Positions 15,838-24,259 of a stretch of DNA of 25,113 nt are shown here, one piece after another. Positions within the stretch are counted from its first letter, which is position 1; every line of letters starts with the position of its first letter. The translations under genes were made by a program, and so were the position numbers. The notes under the pieces are model-generated. The model did not search any database, was not told the DNA's origin, and saw only the letters and a list, made by a program, of their open reading frames with translations. The stretch is from positions 1-25,113 of the IMG/VR virus record IMGVR_UViG_3300020458_000016. One strand, written 5' to 3'. The DNA comes from a virus. Its lineage: Duplodnaviria > Caudoviricetes.

Positions 15838-17069
15838 GAGGTGGGTTCCTCGTCATCGTTGGGGGTGTCGGATTGATTCAGGGCGCTCAGGGGCTGGGCG
15901 TTCACACTGACCAGCATCTGGTCCAGACCATCCCGTGGATTCATGTCCTCGAGCACTCGGACTTCGTTGCGATCCATCCAGCCGTCGTTGATCGCGGCGC
16001 GATAGAACTCGGCTCGTTCTTTCGCGGTACCGCGCAGCAGACCGGCAAGGTTGAACTTGCAGTAGTAGCCAGCGGCACGCTCGGCGCGAGTGAATACCCG
16101 GCGGTTGATTTCCTGCTCCCAGTTCACAACCCACGGCATCATGGTGTGGCGCACGAACTGAATGGCCTGTTCGCTGATATTGGAGAAAGTGGCCTTGTCC
16201 AGGTCGTTGATCATGTGGGCCGGCACGTTGAAGATGCCGGCAACCTCGGAGCGGTTCAGCTTCCGGGTTTCCAGGAACTGGGCATCCTCGGGCGGAATGG
16301 TGATCGACTTGTAGTCGAGATCCGCCGGGAGCATCAGCGTCTTGTTCTCGCTGGCTTTCAGCTTTGAGACCGCGTTGTTCCAGGCGGTTTTCAGGCGCTC
16401 CCAACTATCCTTCTGAAGCGAGTCCTTCACTGAGATCAGGCCGGTAGGGCGGCCGCCACCGGTAAAGAAATCCTTGCCGTAGCGTTGAGCCGCCAGCCCC
16501 AGACCGATGGTTTCGGCGTGTTGCCGGATCAGGCTTTTACCGGTGCGGCCATCAGAACCCAGGGCCCGGACGTGGATCATGTCCTCGAGGGCGACGGCGC
16601 GACTGCCTTCGTCTTCCTCGGTGACGGCGTAGAGCCAACGGTTTCCGTTCTTGACCAGCTGGGTTTCCCAGGGACGGCGGGTGACGAGTTCGCGAAGCTC
16701 TCCGCTCGGGCTGCGCACGGTCTGGGTGTATCCGTTGCCCCAGCCGAGGACGTGGCTCTGTTTGGTTTCCCGCCACTTGTAGCTGGTCTGCCACTCATTG
16801 GGCTCATCGTGAAGCAACCAGTAAGCCGGGTGATCCTTGGCCGCCTCGATGTTGTCGCCCTTTTTCCGCATAACGTAGAGCGGCAGCTGGCCAATGGAAG
16901 ACGACAACACGTAAATGCAGGAGTAGACCGCCGAGAGAGTCAGGGCGGACTGGTTATCAACCTGGATACCGATATTGGTGTCGAAGTACTCCGCCAGGTT
17001 CTGGCCGGTCAGAGGTGTACTCGGATCCTCAAGTGAGCGGGATTCCGGGGCGAACAGGGACTCAAGCAT
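15834..17069 (-). CDS. Portal protein (HK97 family)
   Basis: 411 aa; SAVYSCI, HDEPNEWQT, DAQFLETRK, IFNVPAHMI, ATFSNISEQ motifs. Confidence 0.97.
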   Translation of the reverse strand: MLESLFAPESRSLEDPSTPLTGQNLAEYFDTNIGIQVDNQSALTLSAVYSCIYVLSSSIGQLPLYVMRKKGDNIEAAKDHPAYWLLHDEPNEWQTSYKWRETKQSHVLGWGNGYTQTVRSPSGELRELVTRRPWETQLVKNGNRWLYAVTEEDEGSRAVALEDMIHVRALGSDGRTGKSLIRQHAETIGLGLAAQRYGKDFFTGGGRPTGLISVKDSLQKDSWERLKTAWNNAVSKLKASENKTLMLPADLDYKSITIPPEDAQFLETRKLNRSEVAGIFNVPAHMINDLDKATFSNISEQAIQFVRHTMMPWVVNWEQEINRRVFTRAERAAGYYCKFNLAGLLRGTAKERAEFYRAAINDGWMDRNEVRVLEDMNPRDGLDQMLVSVNAQPLSALNQSDTPNDDEEPTS

Positions 17070-17245
17070 TATTTCTTACCTCCGCCAGCGTTGCGCTTGG
17101 AGGCGCGGGCAGCCGCCAGAGCCATGATGAGCATGAGTCCGCCAGCAGCGATAAGGGCATCGGCCAGGCCGAATCTGAGATACAGGCCATAGGTCATCGC
17201 CCCGAAACCGGCAAGGCCCAGGGTGTCGATCAGATAAGTGCGCAT
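17069..17245 (-). CDS. Small two-helix membrane protein between terL and portal
   Basis: 58 aa MRTYLIDTLGLAGFGAMTYGLYLRFGLADALIAAGGLMLIMALAAARASKRNAGGGKK; ATG abuts the terL stop and TAATG overlaps the portal start. Not in the supplied ORF track. Confidence 0.8.
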   Translation of the reverse strand: MRTYLIDTLGLAGFGAMTYGLYLRFGLADALIAAGGLMLIMALAAARASKRNAGGGKK

Positions 17246-18964
17246 TTACATCACCAGGATGTCGTCGTCAGAAAGGGTATCCAGTACGCTTTCGCCTACT
17301 TGGGCGTTCGCCAGTGCGCGGCCTATGGCCATAATGAGAGCCACCGCGCCATCGATCTTGTTGTGATCGCCCTGCTTGATCGGGCGGACCACGTCGTCAT
17401 TGCCAGGCAGGTACTTGCCAACCACGTTGCCAACACACCAGGTCATGATCGGATTGCCGTCATGGTGGAACCGGCCAGAGACGATCGCGGCCTCCAGCTC
17501 CTTCATTCCATCGGACATGTTGGTGTAGTTCTGAACCATGGTGATCGGGTTCAGTCCCTCGTCGTCCAGCTGGTGCGAGAGGTTCGCGGCGCCGTGTGGG
17601 TCAATGGGTGCCTCTTGCGCCGGCGTTTCCAGATTGGCTTCCTTGGCGCATTCCAGGATTTCCCGGTAGTCAACTTCGCTGCCGTCTGTGGCGTCCAGGT
17701 GCTTGGACTCAATCCAGCCCTGGTATCGCTCGCCGAGCCGGCGGTCTTCATTGTCGAACGCGGTGTCTTCCGGTACCCAGAATCTCGGGCTGACGCAGTA
17801 GTAATGCGTCTTGCCATCTACCTGGCGGCTGAACAGCCGGGCCATGCTGTTCATGTCGAGCTTTCGCGCAAGGTCGAAAGCCAGAATGCAATCCTCGCCG
17901 CGGAACTGGTCGATCGTGAGCGATCGGTCCTCGCAGCGTTTCCAGTCCTCCATGTTGAAGAACCCCTCTTTCGAGGAGACCCACACATTGAGGTGCTTGG
18001 TCTTGTACTTGTTCGCCAGCCGGGCCCGGGCCACTGCCTTGTCGCGCTGGCTCTTCAGGTAGTCGAGCTTTACCGAAACGCCGGCGTTTGGGTTGGCCTT
18101 GAGAATGGCCTCGTCGGTAGTCCAGTCGTCTTTCGGATCGATGGTGTAGATGATGGCGAACAGCTCGTCATCCTGGCTGGTGCCTTCCAGCATCTCGATG
18201 GCGCGTTCCCGCATTTCATAACAGGGCCCGGCGATGTCGAAACCCGCGGTGGTTATCACCCAAAGCAACGGCTGCGATCGGGCGCCCATGCCAGTGATCA
18301 TCGTGTCGTAAAGGCGCGAGTCAGGATGTTCGTGATACTCGTCGATGATGGACATCGAGGGGCTGGAGCCGTCGCCCGGGTCTCCGATCACCGGTTCGAA
18401 AACGCTTCCATCCCCGCGCTCCAGCTTCTTTGCCCAGGGCACGATGCCAAATCGGTTGCGCAGGTTTGGCAGTTTTTTGGCCATCTTCAGGGCAGGGCGG
18501 AAAACCTCCCAGGCCTGTTTCTCGCTGGTGGCACCGCAATAGACCTCGGCGCCATATTCTTTATCTGCGCAGAAGGCGTACAACCCGGCGCCGGCCACCT
18601 TGATGGACTTGCCGTTCTTCCTGGGGACCTCTTCGTAGACTTCCCGGAACCGACGGAGCTTATCCTTCTTCCGGATCCACCCGAACACCATCGAGAAGCT
18701 GAACAGCTGCCAGGGCTCAAGGACGATCCGCTGGTTGCCTCTGGCCCACTCCCCTTTGGTATGGGGGAGGAGCTGGACGAACCTGCAGGCCCTTTCCGCC
18801 AGGTCCCGGTCGAACCGATACGGATAGCTCTTTGCTTTCGCTGCCTTCAGGTCATTCAGGTGTCGGGCACAAGCTGCCTTCACGTAGCTGCAGGCGACGA
18901 TCCGGCCACCTACCACATCGCGGGCGTACTTCTGCGCCGCGTTCACATTGGGGTAGGCGCTCAT
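17246..18964 (-). CDS. terL: Terminase large subunit
   Basis: 572 aa; [13 protein letters not shown] (Walker A), IIDEYH (Walker B), [16 protein letters not shown]. Confidence 0.97.
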   Translation of the reverse strand: MSAYPNVNAAQKYARDVVGGRIVACSYVKAACARHLNDLKAAKAKSYPYRFDRDLAERACRFVQLLPHTKGEWARGNQRIVLEPWQLFSFSMVFGWIRKKDKLRRFREVYEEVPRKNGKSIKVAGAGLYAFCADKEYGAEVYCGATSEKQAWEVFRPALKMAKKLPNLRNRFGIVPWAKKLERGDGSVFEPVIGDPGDGSSPSMSIIDEYHEHPDSRLYDTMITGMGARSQPLLWVITTAGFDIAGPCYEMRERAIEMLEGTSQDDELFAIIYTIDPKDDWTTDEAILKANPNAGVSVKLDYLKSQRDKAVARARLANKYKTKHLNVWVSSKEGFFNMEDWKRCEDRSLTIDQFRGEDCILAFDLARKLDMNSMARLFSRQVDGKTHYYCVSPRFWVPEDTAFDNEDRRLGERYQGWIESKHLDATDGSEVDYREILECAKEANLETPAQEAPIDPHGAANLSHQLDDEGLNPITMVQNYTNMSDGMKELEAAIVSGRFHHDGNPIMTWCVGNVVGKYLPGNDDVVRPIKQGDHNKIDGAVALIMAIGRALANAQVGESVLDTLSDDDILVM

Positions 18965-18967
18965 AGG

Positions 18968-19417
18968 TTAGAACTCGTCGAATTCGTTGCCCTCGTTTTT
19001 GCCGTCGTCATTTGCTCCGCCACCGCCGAGCATTCTCATCCTGGTAAGCGGATCCAGCCCGAGCAGTGAGCCCAGTCTTGAAAGCTGCTGCACTGACTTG
19101 TCGCGGACGTTCACAACCGGGTGCATCTTCTCGCTGCCATCAGCGGTCGGGAGCGTTAATCCCTCGTTGGCAATCCGGATCTCGGCATCGAGCATCAACT
19201 GCCAGGCGTTGCAGTAGGCTTGAAGCAGTGGGGCGTCTTCGACTTCGAAGGTGCCGCGATCGATCAGAACCTTCGATTGTTGTTTCCAGATTCTCCGGGC
19301 TGCGTCACCCATCAATTCTTCGGGAGGATTGATCCGAGTGATCGAGCTTTTCTGAGTGCCAACCGACTTCCGTTTTCGGCCTCCGCCGGAGGCGCGAACT
19401 GGAGCGTTGTTGTTCAA
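18968..19417 (-). CDS. terS: Terminase small subunit (P27 family)
   Basis: LQAYCNAW...HPVVNV...LGLDPLTR motifs; TTG start with GGAGG SD; directly upstream of terL. Confidence 0.9.
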   Translation of the reverse strand: MNNNAPVRASGGGRKRKSVGTQKSSITRINPPEELMGDAARRIWKQQSKVLIDRGTFEVEDAPLLQAYCNAWQLMLDAEIRIANEGLTLPTADGSEKMHPVVNVRDKSVQQLSRLGSLLGLDPLTRMRMLGGGGANDDGKNEGNEFDEF

Positions 19418-19439
19418 CCAGGACCTCCGGAAAAAGTTT

Positions 19440-19522
19440 CGTTATTTCTCACGCAAAAAAAAACGACTGAAGGCGCGGTGTCCGCTGGACAAGGCTGTAG
19501 AGATTTACCCACCCCCGGGTCG
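19440..19522 (-). other. Probable cos packaging region
   Basis: Non-coding gap between packaging HNH and terS: GGGGGTGGGTAAATCTCT...GGACACCGCGCCTTCAGTCG, T-run, GCGTGAGAAAT. Same position and style as cos in HK97-like phages; exact nick sites not determined. Confidence 0.6.
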
Positions 19523-19885
19523 TCAGTCGCCTCGAGCTCGCGCCCTCAAGGCCTCCCGCTGGGTCTTGGCCTGGTGGCACGGGTGGCAGGTGGCCTCAAG
19601 GTTGCCGGCAACTGTGGCGCCTCCCTCAGCCTCTGGGATGATGTGATCAACCTCAGTTGCTGGTGTCGCTTTCCGCTCTCGCTTGCACGGCTGGCAGAGG
19701 TACCGATCACGCTCAAGCACCTGTTCTCGCAGCCGGCGCCAAGGCCTGCCACCTCTGCCTCTGCCTGCACGGCCTCGTGTCCAGCTCTTGGCCTGGTCGG
19801 CGTGAGCCTCGCAGTAGCCGTGCTTCTCCCTGGTGGTCATCCGGCACAGCTTGTCCCGGCAGGGCTTGGCGGTACGCTGTGGCAT
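19523..19885 (-). CDS. Packaging-associated HNH endonuclease (HK97 gp74-like)
   Basis: WRRLREQVLERDRYLCQPC...VDHIIP...GG...NLEATCHPCHQAKT; adjacent to cos/terS. Confidence 0.93.
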   Translation of the reverse strand: MPQRTAKPCRDKLCRMTTREKHGYCEAHADQAKSWTRGRAGRGRGGRPWRRLREQVLERDRYLCQPCKRERKATPATEVDHIIPEAEGGATVAGNLEATCHPCHQAKTQREALRARARGD

Positions 19886-20058
19886 CAGTCGAGTGTGCTG
19901 CCGTCGAGGTAAGTGGTCGGCTCCCTGTCCTCGTCATCCATGCCCTCGGCCTCAGCCATCGCCTGAACCAGTGCGGCATTGCTGCTGGCCAGGCGATTGA
20001 TGGCATCTGTCTGCTGGCGGATAGCTTCGATGAGCTCGGCAGTCTGTTGTTCGTTCAC
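19885..20058 (-). CDS. Small hypothetical protein
   Basis: 57 aa (M)NEQQTAELIEAIRQQTDAINRLASSNAALVQAMAEAEGMDDEDREPTTYLDGSTLD; GTGA overlap with the Rz1 stop and TGATG overlap with the HNH start. Not in the supplied ORF track. Confidence 0.8.
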   Translation of the reverse strand: MNEQQTAELIEAIRQQTDAINRLASSNAALVQAMAEAEGMDDEDREPTTYLDGSTLD

Positions 20059-20324
20059 TTAGATGCCTCTTCGATTGGCCGGTCGTTCCATGCCCTGACG
20101 TCATCCTTATCGCCCTCGCACGCGGTAGCCACCTTCTTCAGCTGCTCAGCCCACACCGGGCACCAGTCAATCCGCCGAGGTGGCGCCGGAAGTGTCCGCG
20201 GTACCAGGTAATCCTGAGGAACCTGCTCCTTCACGTACTCGGTTCGGGTCAGCCACTGTGCCGGACCGCATCCGCTCATAAACAGCGTCAGGCCACACAT
20301 ACTCAGGACCAGAGCAAGGCGCAT
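20055..20324 (-). CDS. o-spanin (Rz1-like lipoprotein)
   Basis: Signal peptide with lipobox-like FMSG-C, Pro-rich mature part; starts inside the i-spanin gene in another frame. Confidence 0.8.
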   Translation of the reverse strand: MRLALVLSMCGLTLFMSGCGPAQWLTRTEYVKEQVPQDYLVPRTLPAPPRRIDWCPVWAEQLKKVATACEGDKDDVRAWNDRPIEEASK

Positions 20325-20637
20325 CTCTAACCAACTCCTTCAGCTCGGCCTCGGTCTTGGCCAGCTGTTCGCTAAGGTTTCTCTCTCGCTCTGAGCGGAT
20401 CAGGGCTTGCTGATCCCGCCAACGGATATCCGCCTGCAGCTGAGCGATCTGGGATAAGTTCTCTTCGTTGGTGACCCTGGCCTGATCCATGGCCTGTGTG
20501 AGATTGGCGTTCTCCTGCAGCAGCTGCTGGCGGTCTGACCACAGCCACCAGAATGAGAGGCCCGCAACGACCACCAAAGTGGCGATGATCGGAACCGCAT
20601 ACGCCGAGAGCTTGGCCTTCACAGTGCTCAGAATCAT
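20167..20637 (-). CDS. i-spanin (Rz-like)
   Basis: Single N-terminal TM helix followed by a long coiled coil and DAPC...WPDAV; lysis cassette position. Confidence 0.82.
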   Translation of the reverse strand: MILSTVKAKLSAYAVPIIATLVVVAGLSFWWLWSDRQQLLQENANLTQAMDQARVTNEENLSQIAQLQADIRWRDQQALIRSERERNLSEQLAKTEAELKELVRDAPCSGPEYVWPDAVYERMRSGTVADPNRVREGAGSSGLPGTADTSGATSAD

Positions 20638-20882
20638 TGCTTCACCTTGCCTGCCCAGGCCTCAGCGATGTTGTTGCCGAAGTAGCTGACGATCAGTGTG
20701 GCGCTGATGCCGTATGACCAGCCGATGACCACCCCCATTGATTCAAGGACCTTCGGATCATAAATGCCCAGAAGGACCCAACAGGGCGTCTGCAAGATGG
20801 CCCACCATTTGCCGGTGTAGTACCCGCGCCGGCGGTGCTTCCACCAGCGATTCGGGTCCGGATGGCTTTCAGTTGCGTCCAT
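20634..20882 (-). CDS. Putative holin (two TM helices)
   Basis: 82 aa from MDATESH; basic RWWKHRRR followed by two hydrophobic segments. Confidence 0.6.
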   Translation of the reverse strand: MDATESHPDPNRWWKHRRRGYYTGKWWAILQTPCWVLLGIYDPKVLESMGVVIGWSYGISATLIVSYFGNNIAEAWAGKVKQ

Positions 20883-21147
20883 ATTGGCTTTCAAGGAGGC
20901 GGTCGAGCTTCTCGTTCATCCGCCGGATATCGACCTTGAGCTCGTTGTAAGTCTTTTCAGTGCGCTCCTGGTCATTAAGCCGGGCCTGCTGCAGCGTCTG
21001 AACAGAACTTTCAACCAGTGAAAGTCGCTCATCCTGCTTGGACTGATCCCTGGCAATGGAAACCGCCAGCAACACAACCGTCACCAGAACTGCGATGGGA
21101 ATGCCCTTGTCGATGTGCCAACCTCGGCGATCGCTCACTTCAGACAC
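20869..21147 (-). CDS. Single-TM coiled-coil lysis cassette protein (holin/antiholin-like)
   Basis: GTG start at 21147 with GAGG SD; WHIDKGIPIAVLVTVVLLAVSIA TM segment then coiled coil ending KLDRLLE. Confidence 0.6.
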   Translation of the reverse strand: MSEVSDRRGWHIDKGIPIAVLVTVVLLAVSIARDQSKQDERLSLVESSVQTLQQARLNDQERTEKTYNELKVDIRRMNEKLDRLLESQYGRN

Positions 21148-21568
21148 CGCGTACCTCGCCAGCCCGCATGATTTCCGACAACTCAACGGCTCTCACGCCA
21201 ACCTGGCGGGCCCATTTCGAATTGAGCATTTCGTCTGCTGCCCGATCCCAGTCCCGACGACCGATAGCTGCCCACATGTTCTTGAAGCCCATGAGGCCGG
21301 CAAACCCAAGATTAAAAGCCATATTGCCGATCACGGTTTGACGAATAGGATCCAGGTCCCGGTATTCGTCCACGGTCTCCAGCTGACGCTCAACCTGGTC
21401 GATGTCGTTGTCGAGCATGAAGTCAGCCTCATCGCGACTGATGCCCACGTCTTCCAGGTTGCGACCATAGCCGACGGTCAGCTTGCCCACTGTGTCGAGG
21501 TAGGGCTTCAGTCGGAGGCCTTCGTGGCGCTCCAGCTGTGATCTGAGTAGTTGGCGATTCATAGGCAT
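21140..21568 (-). CDS. Endolysin, glycoside hydrolase family 24 lysozyme
   Basis: HEGLRLKPYLDTVGKLTVGYGRNL (E-D-T triad), NMAFNLG, EMLNSKWARQVGVRA. Start at 21568 or 21562. Confidence 0.93.
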   Translation of the reverse strand: MPMNRQLLRSQLERHEGLRLKPYLDTVGKLTVGYGRNLEDVGISRDEADFMLDNDIDQVERQLETVDEYRDLDPIRQTVIGNMAFNLGFAGLMGFKNMWAAIGRRDWDRAADEMLNSKWARQVGVRAVELSEIMRAGEVRGV

Positions 21569-21592
21569 AAAAAAGCCCGCTCGGAGGCGGGC
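21569..21592 (-). terminator. Intrinsic terminator directly before the endolysin
   Basis: Minus strand GCCCGC-CTCCGA-GCGGGC-TTTTTT. Confidence 0.8.
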
Positions 21593-21700
21593 GAATAGTC
21601 ATGTGTGGTTGCGGCTGCTGAATTGTGAAGAGGGCGCCAACCTCACCGAGCGGCTATGTGTCATGCCCGCCAGGCCGCACGTCGTATCTGGTCCGGACAC

Positions 21701-21735
21701 AAAAAAACCGCCAGCTCCAAGTGGAGGGCGGTTTT
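21701..21735 (-). terminator. tR'-like terminator of the late leader
   Basis: Minus strand AAAACCGCC-CTCCA-CT-TGGAG-CT-GGCGG-TTTTTTT. Confidence 0.78.
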
Positions 21736-21752
21736 ATTGGGGATGGTTTCCC

Positions 21753-21791
21753 AAACTAGAGCCAGAGTACCAAAACCACCCCAAAACGCAA
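21753..21791 (-). promoter_or_regulatory. pR'-like late promoter with a downstream -10-like pause element
   Basis: TTGCGT (21791-21786), 16-nt spacer, extended -10 TGG-TACTCT (21769-21764), then TAGTTT (21758-21753); directly after the Q-position gene. Confidence 0.55.
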
Positions 21792-21795
21792 CACC

Positions 21796-22518
21796 TTATG
21801 CCACGCCCTCCCGCTCCTCCGACATCAGTCCAATTTCATTGGCAACTGGAGCAAGGGCTTTTCGCTCCATGTTGTCGAGGATACCCAGCATCTTGTCCCA
21901 GTCAGCCGCCCAATGCTCAGCCCAGTTTTGAACGCTCGGAAGCCTCTCGCCATACATATGGTAAAGGAACCTTGATATACCAGCAGGACCACCAAGCGTA
22001 GATCCACCGCCAAATACCACATCACGGTGATGGCGCATTGCTGCATACATCAAGAGCTTCAGCCGAACGATTCGCTTACCCTGCATGGCTAGAAGCCTGT
22101 CCTTATCTAGGGCTTTGAAAAATTCATTTTGCAGGTATTCATGAACACGCTCGCAATCTTCTGCGCTGAACTCAGTCGCTGGCGCGTACATTATCGCCCC
22201 GAAAGATCTCAGCGGCTTGGGCAGTGTCTTTATTGCCCCCTGAATTCGAGACCTCCACATTGCATCCCATCTCTCAAAAAAGTCAGAACCGCCTTTTAAT
22301 GACTCCGAAGCTGTCACGAGAGGCTTCCGGCCAGAAAGCACGCGGCCCCTATCTGTTTCCTCATACAAGTTTCGGTACCATCCCTGAGAGTAGACCTGGC
22401 CTGGCTCCTTAGGTGCTTTCTCTTCAGCGTTTTTCTTCGGAGTACGCGCCCGAGCGAGGGCGTCATCCTTTGGAATGTAAAAAGCATCGTGCCATGCCTT
22501 ACGCGCAGATAATCTCAT
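21796..22518 (-). CDS. Putative late-gene regulator / antiterminator (Q position)
   Basis: 240 aa; last early gene before the promoter, terminators and lysis genes. Function inferred from synteny. Confidence 0.6.
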   Translation of the reverse strand: MRLSARKAWHDAFYIPKDDALARARTPKKNAEEKAPKEPGQVYSQGWYRNLYEETDRGRVLSGRKPLVTASESLKGGSDFFERWDAMWRSRIQGAIKTLPKPLRSFGAIMYAPATEFSAEDCERVHEYLQNEFFKALDKDRLLAMQGKRIVRLKLLMYAAMRHHRDVVFGGGSTLGGPAGISRFLYHMYGERLPSVQNWAEHWAADWDKMLGILDNMERKALAPVANEIGLMSEEREGVA

Positions 22519-22910
22519 GCAGCCCCCTTAACTTCGATGTGGCCCTTCTCTATGAGCCGGTCCTGAGTCCTTATAACCCCTTCCAGGTGCCAGAGGTCCC
22601 GGGTTACCCTGGAATATCCATCATTGGCATACCCGCCATCCAGCCAGCCATGACATGCTGAGCAGGCATAGGCCGCCTTGTGGTCTTCATTCTTTCCACC
22701 AACGCCACCGCCATTCAGGTGAGCGAGGACTGTGGTGTCTGGGTTTCGATTACAAACCCCAGGGACTCTCACCAGGCAAGGCTCACCTTTGGCGCTGTCC
22801 CGGATCTTGCTCCGCTTCGGTCTGGTGGATTTCACTTGAGCCCGGAACTTCAGGCCACTCTTTGATTTCAGCGATGTCTTGGTTTTCAGCGGCGTTTTTC
22901 GAGTCAGCAT
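22515..22910 (-). CDS. DUF1364/YbcO-like nuclease-domain protein
   Basis: IRDSAKGEPCLVRVPGVCNRNPDTTVLAH...AAYACSACH motif; start MLTRK at 22910. Confidence 0.85.
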   Translation of the reverse strand: MLTRKTPLKTKTSLKSKSGLKFRAQVKSTRPKRSKIRDSAKGEPCLVRVPGVCNRNPDTTVLAHLNGGGVGGKNEDHKAAYACSACHGWLDGGYANDGYSRVTRDLWHLEGVIRTQDRLIEKGHIEVKGAA

Positions 22911-22911
22911 G

Positions 22912-23223
22912 TCAGTCCCCGTGGTACCGTGATCCGCCAGCGCCATAGCCCCGGCCGTTGCTCTCTGCCCTCATGGCCGCCAGCTGTCGCCTGACCTCCA
23001 CCAACTCCTGGTTGCGCTCGCTCAGCCGGATTCGCAGCTGAATCACCAGGTCTTCCTTTGAGAGGCTTTCGCCGGTCTCCTTACAAACCACACCGGACGC
23101 TTCACAGCGGTCGCAGGGCATCTCATAGAACATCGGCTTCACAAAGCCACCGCCATGGCACTTTGGGCAGGGCTTGAGCGGCCGCTTCTCCTGGTTGAAC
23201 GCCGGGCCCGATCGCTTCCTCAT
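22912..23223 (-). CDS. Small zinc-finger protein (CxxCxGxG type)
   Basis: CPKCHGGG...CDRCEASG followed by a coiled coil; ATGA-coupled start at 23223. Confidence 0.75.
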   Translation of the reverse strand: MRKRSGPAFNQEKRPLKPCPKCHGGGFVKPMFYEMPCDRCEASGVVCKETGESLSKEDLVIQLRIRLSERNQELVEVRRQLAAMRAESNGRGYGAGGSRYHGD

Positions 23224-23588
23224 GCAGCCCTCCGCTTTTTCCTTTGAATGCGCGGATCCTCCCAACCGGCCAGATCCAGCTCGATATCAATCGCTTCCGG
23301 GCTTACCTGGTAGTGACGGGACAGATAAGACTTGCTCAGTTTTGGCAGCTGCTGATCAATGCGGGCCTTCTCTGCTGCACACTGGCGGATCAGCGCCTGG
23401 TCTTCTTCATCGAGGGCAACAACGGGCATATGCTCCCGGACCTTCCTGATCGTGAAAGAGCTGCAGCCAAACTTCACTCCCAGAAACTTGTCGGAGAGCT
23501 CCTCGGACTGGGCTCGAAGATCGGCGCCGTGCATGTAGTCTTTCGCCGCCTGGCGAGCTCTCATCTTGGAAAGGTGGTTGGTTCTCAA
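23220..23588 (-). CDS. Hypothetical protein (possible HTH-like DNA binder)
   Basis: 122 aa, coupled at both ends; two similar LS...(LG/LS)...(FG/YQ)(C/V)S...I segments. Confidence 0.7.
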   Translation of the reverse strand: MRTNHLSKMRARQAAKDYMHGADLRAQSEELSDKFLGVKFGCSSFTIRKVREHMPVVALDEEDQALIRQCAAEKARIDQQLPKLSKSYLSRHYQVSPEAIDIELDLAGWEDPRIQRKKRRAA

Positions 23589-24259
23589 TGCAAACCTCCA
23601 ATGCGCTTGGTCTTATCGTCTACTGCCAGCCCGAGGAACTCCTCCGTTTTTTCATGGTGGATGCGGACCACGCCTTGCTCACCCCCGCCCTGGTACACCA
23701 GCCGGGCCTTTTCCTTGTCGCCTATCAGTGCCGGCTGGTCCGTCGAACGACCACGCTTGAAGCCAGATTGCAGGCTGTTCTCGTGCTCGCTGGCGCCGAT
23801 GAGCTTTCGAGGGAAGCTGTCGGGTGGTGTAGTGGTGAAACCTTGGTAGAGCTTCAGGAAGTTGTTCCGGAGGAACGGATATTCCTTGTTATCGGTCAGG
23901 GCAACGGTCTGCCAGCCGCCAAGCCTCTCGATTGCTGCGTGGATTTTCGGGTCATCGAAAACCACAGAGCGGTAGTTGCCCACGCAACGGATAGCGAAAT
24001 CGACCTTGGCCCAAGCCTCCCCGCTGGCGGACTGGCTACTGCCCTGCAGCAACCGGACGATATCGGCAGGCTTGGGCGGGTACTGGCCCGTATCTGGGTT
24101 GGTGATGTGCCGAGATAGGGCGTGCTCAATGTCAGCCAACGAGAAGGCGATGAGCGACTGGAATACCATGTAAACCACCCTGGGCTCGGGGCTCTTGCCA
24201 TAGATCTCATGGGCCTGTGCCCACATATCGCCAAAGGCCTCCAGATCATTGGTGTTCAT
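23585..24259 (-). CDS. DUF6475-like replication protein (lambda P position)
   Basis: GQYPPKPADIV...AWAKV...VGNYRSVVFDDPKIHAAIERLGGW motif; directly follows the initiator. Confidence 0.75.
   Translation of the reverse strand: MNTNDLEAFGDMWAQAHEIYGKSPEPRVVYMVFQSLIAFSLADIEHALSRHITNPDTGQYPPKPADIVRLLQGSSQSASGEAWAKVDFAIRCVGNYRSVVFDDPKIHAAIERLGGWQTVALTDNKEYPFLRNNFLKLYQGFTTTPPDSFPRKLIGASEHENSLQSGFKRGRSTDQPALIGDKEKARLVYQGGGEQGVVRIHHEKTEEFLGLAVDDKTKRIGGLH

Noticed and set aside
14041-15876. 611-aa plus-strand ORF
   Set aside because: Antisense shadow of the capsid and protease genes; codon bias in GC-rich genes removes stops on the opposite strand, and the translation has no recognisable motifs.
17015-19069. 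684-aa plus-strand ORF
   Set aside because: Antisense shadow of terL; no motifs and no plausible expression signals.
21603-22001. Plus-strand ORFs across the late promoter region
   Set aside because: They run through terminator hairpins and antisense to the Q-position gene, with no protein-like features.
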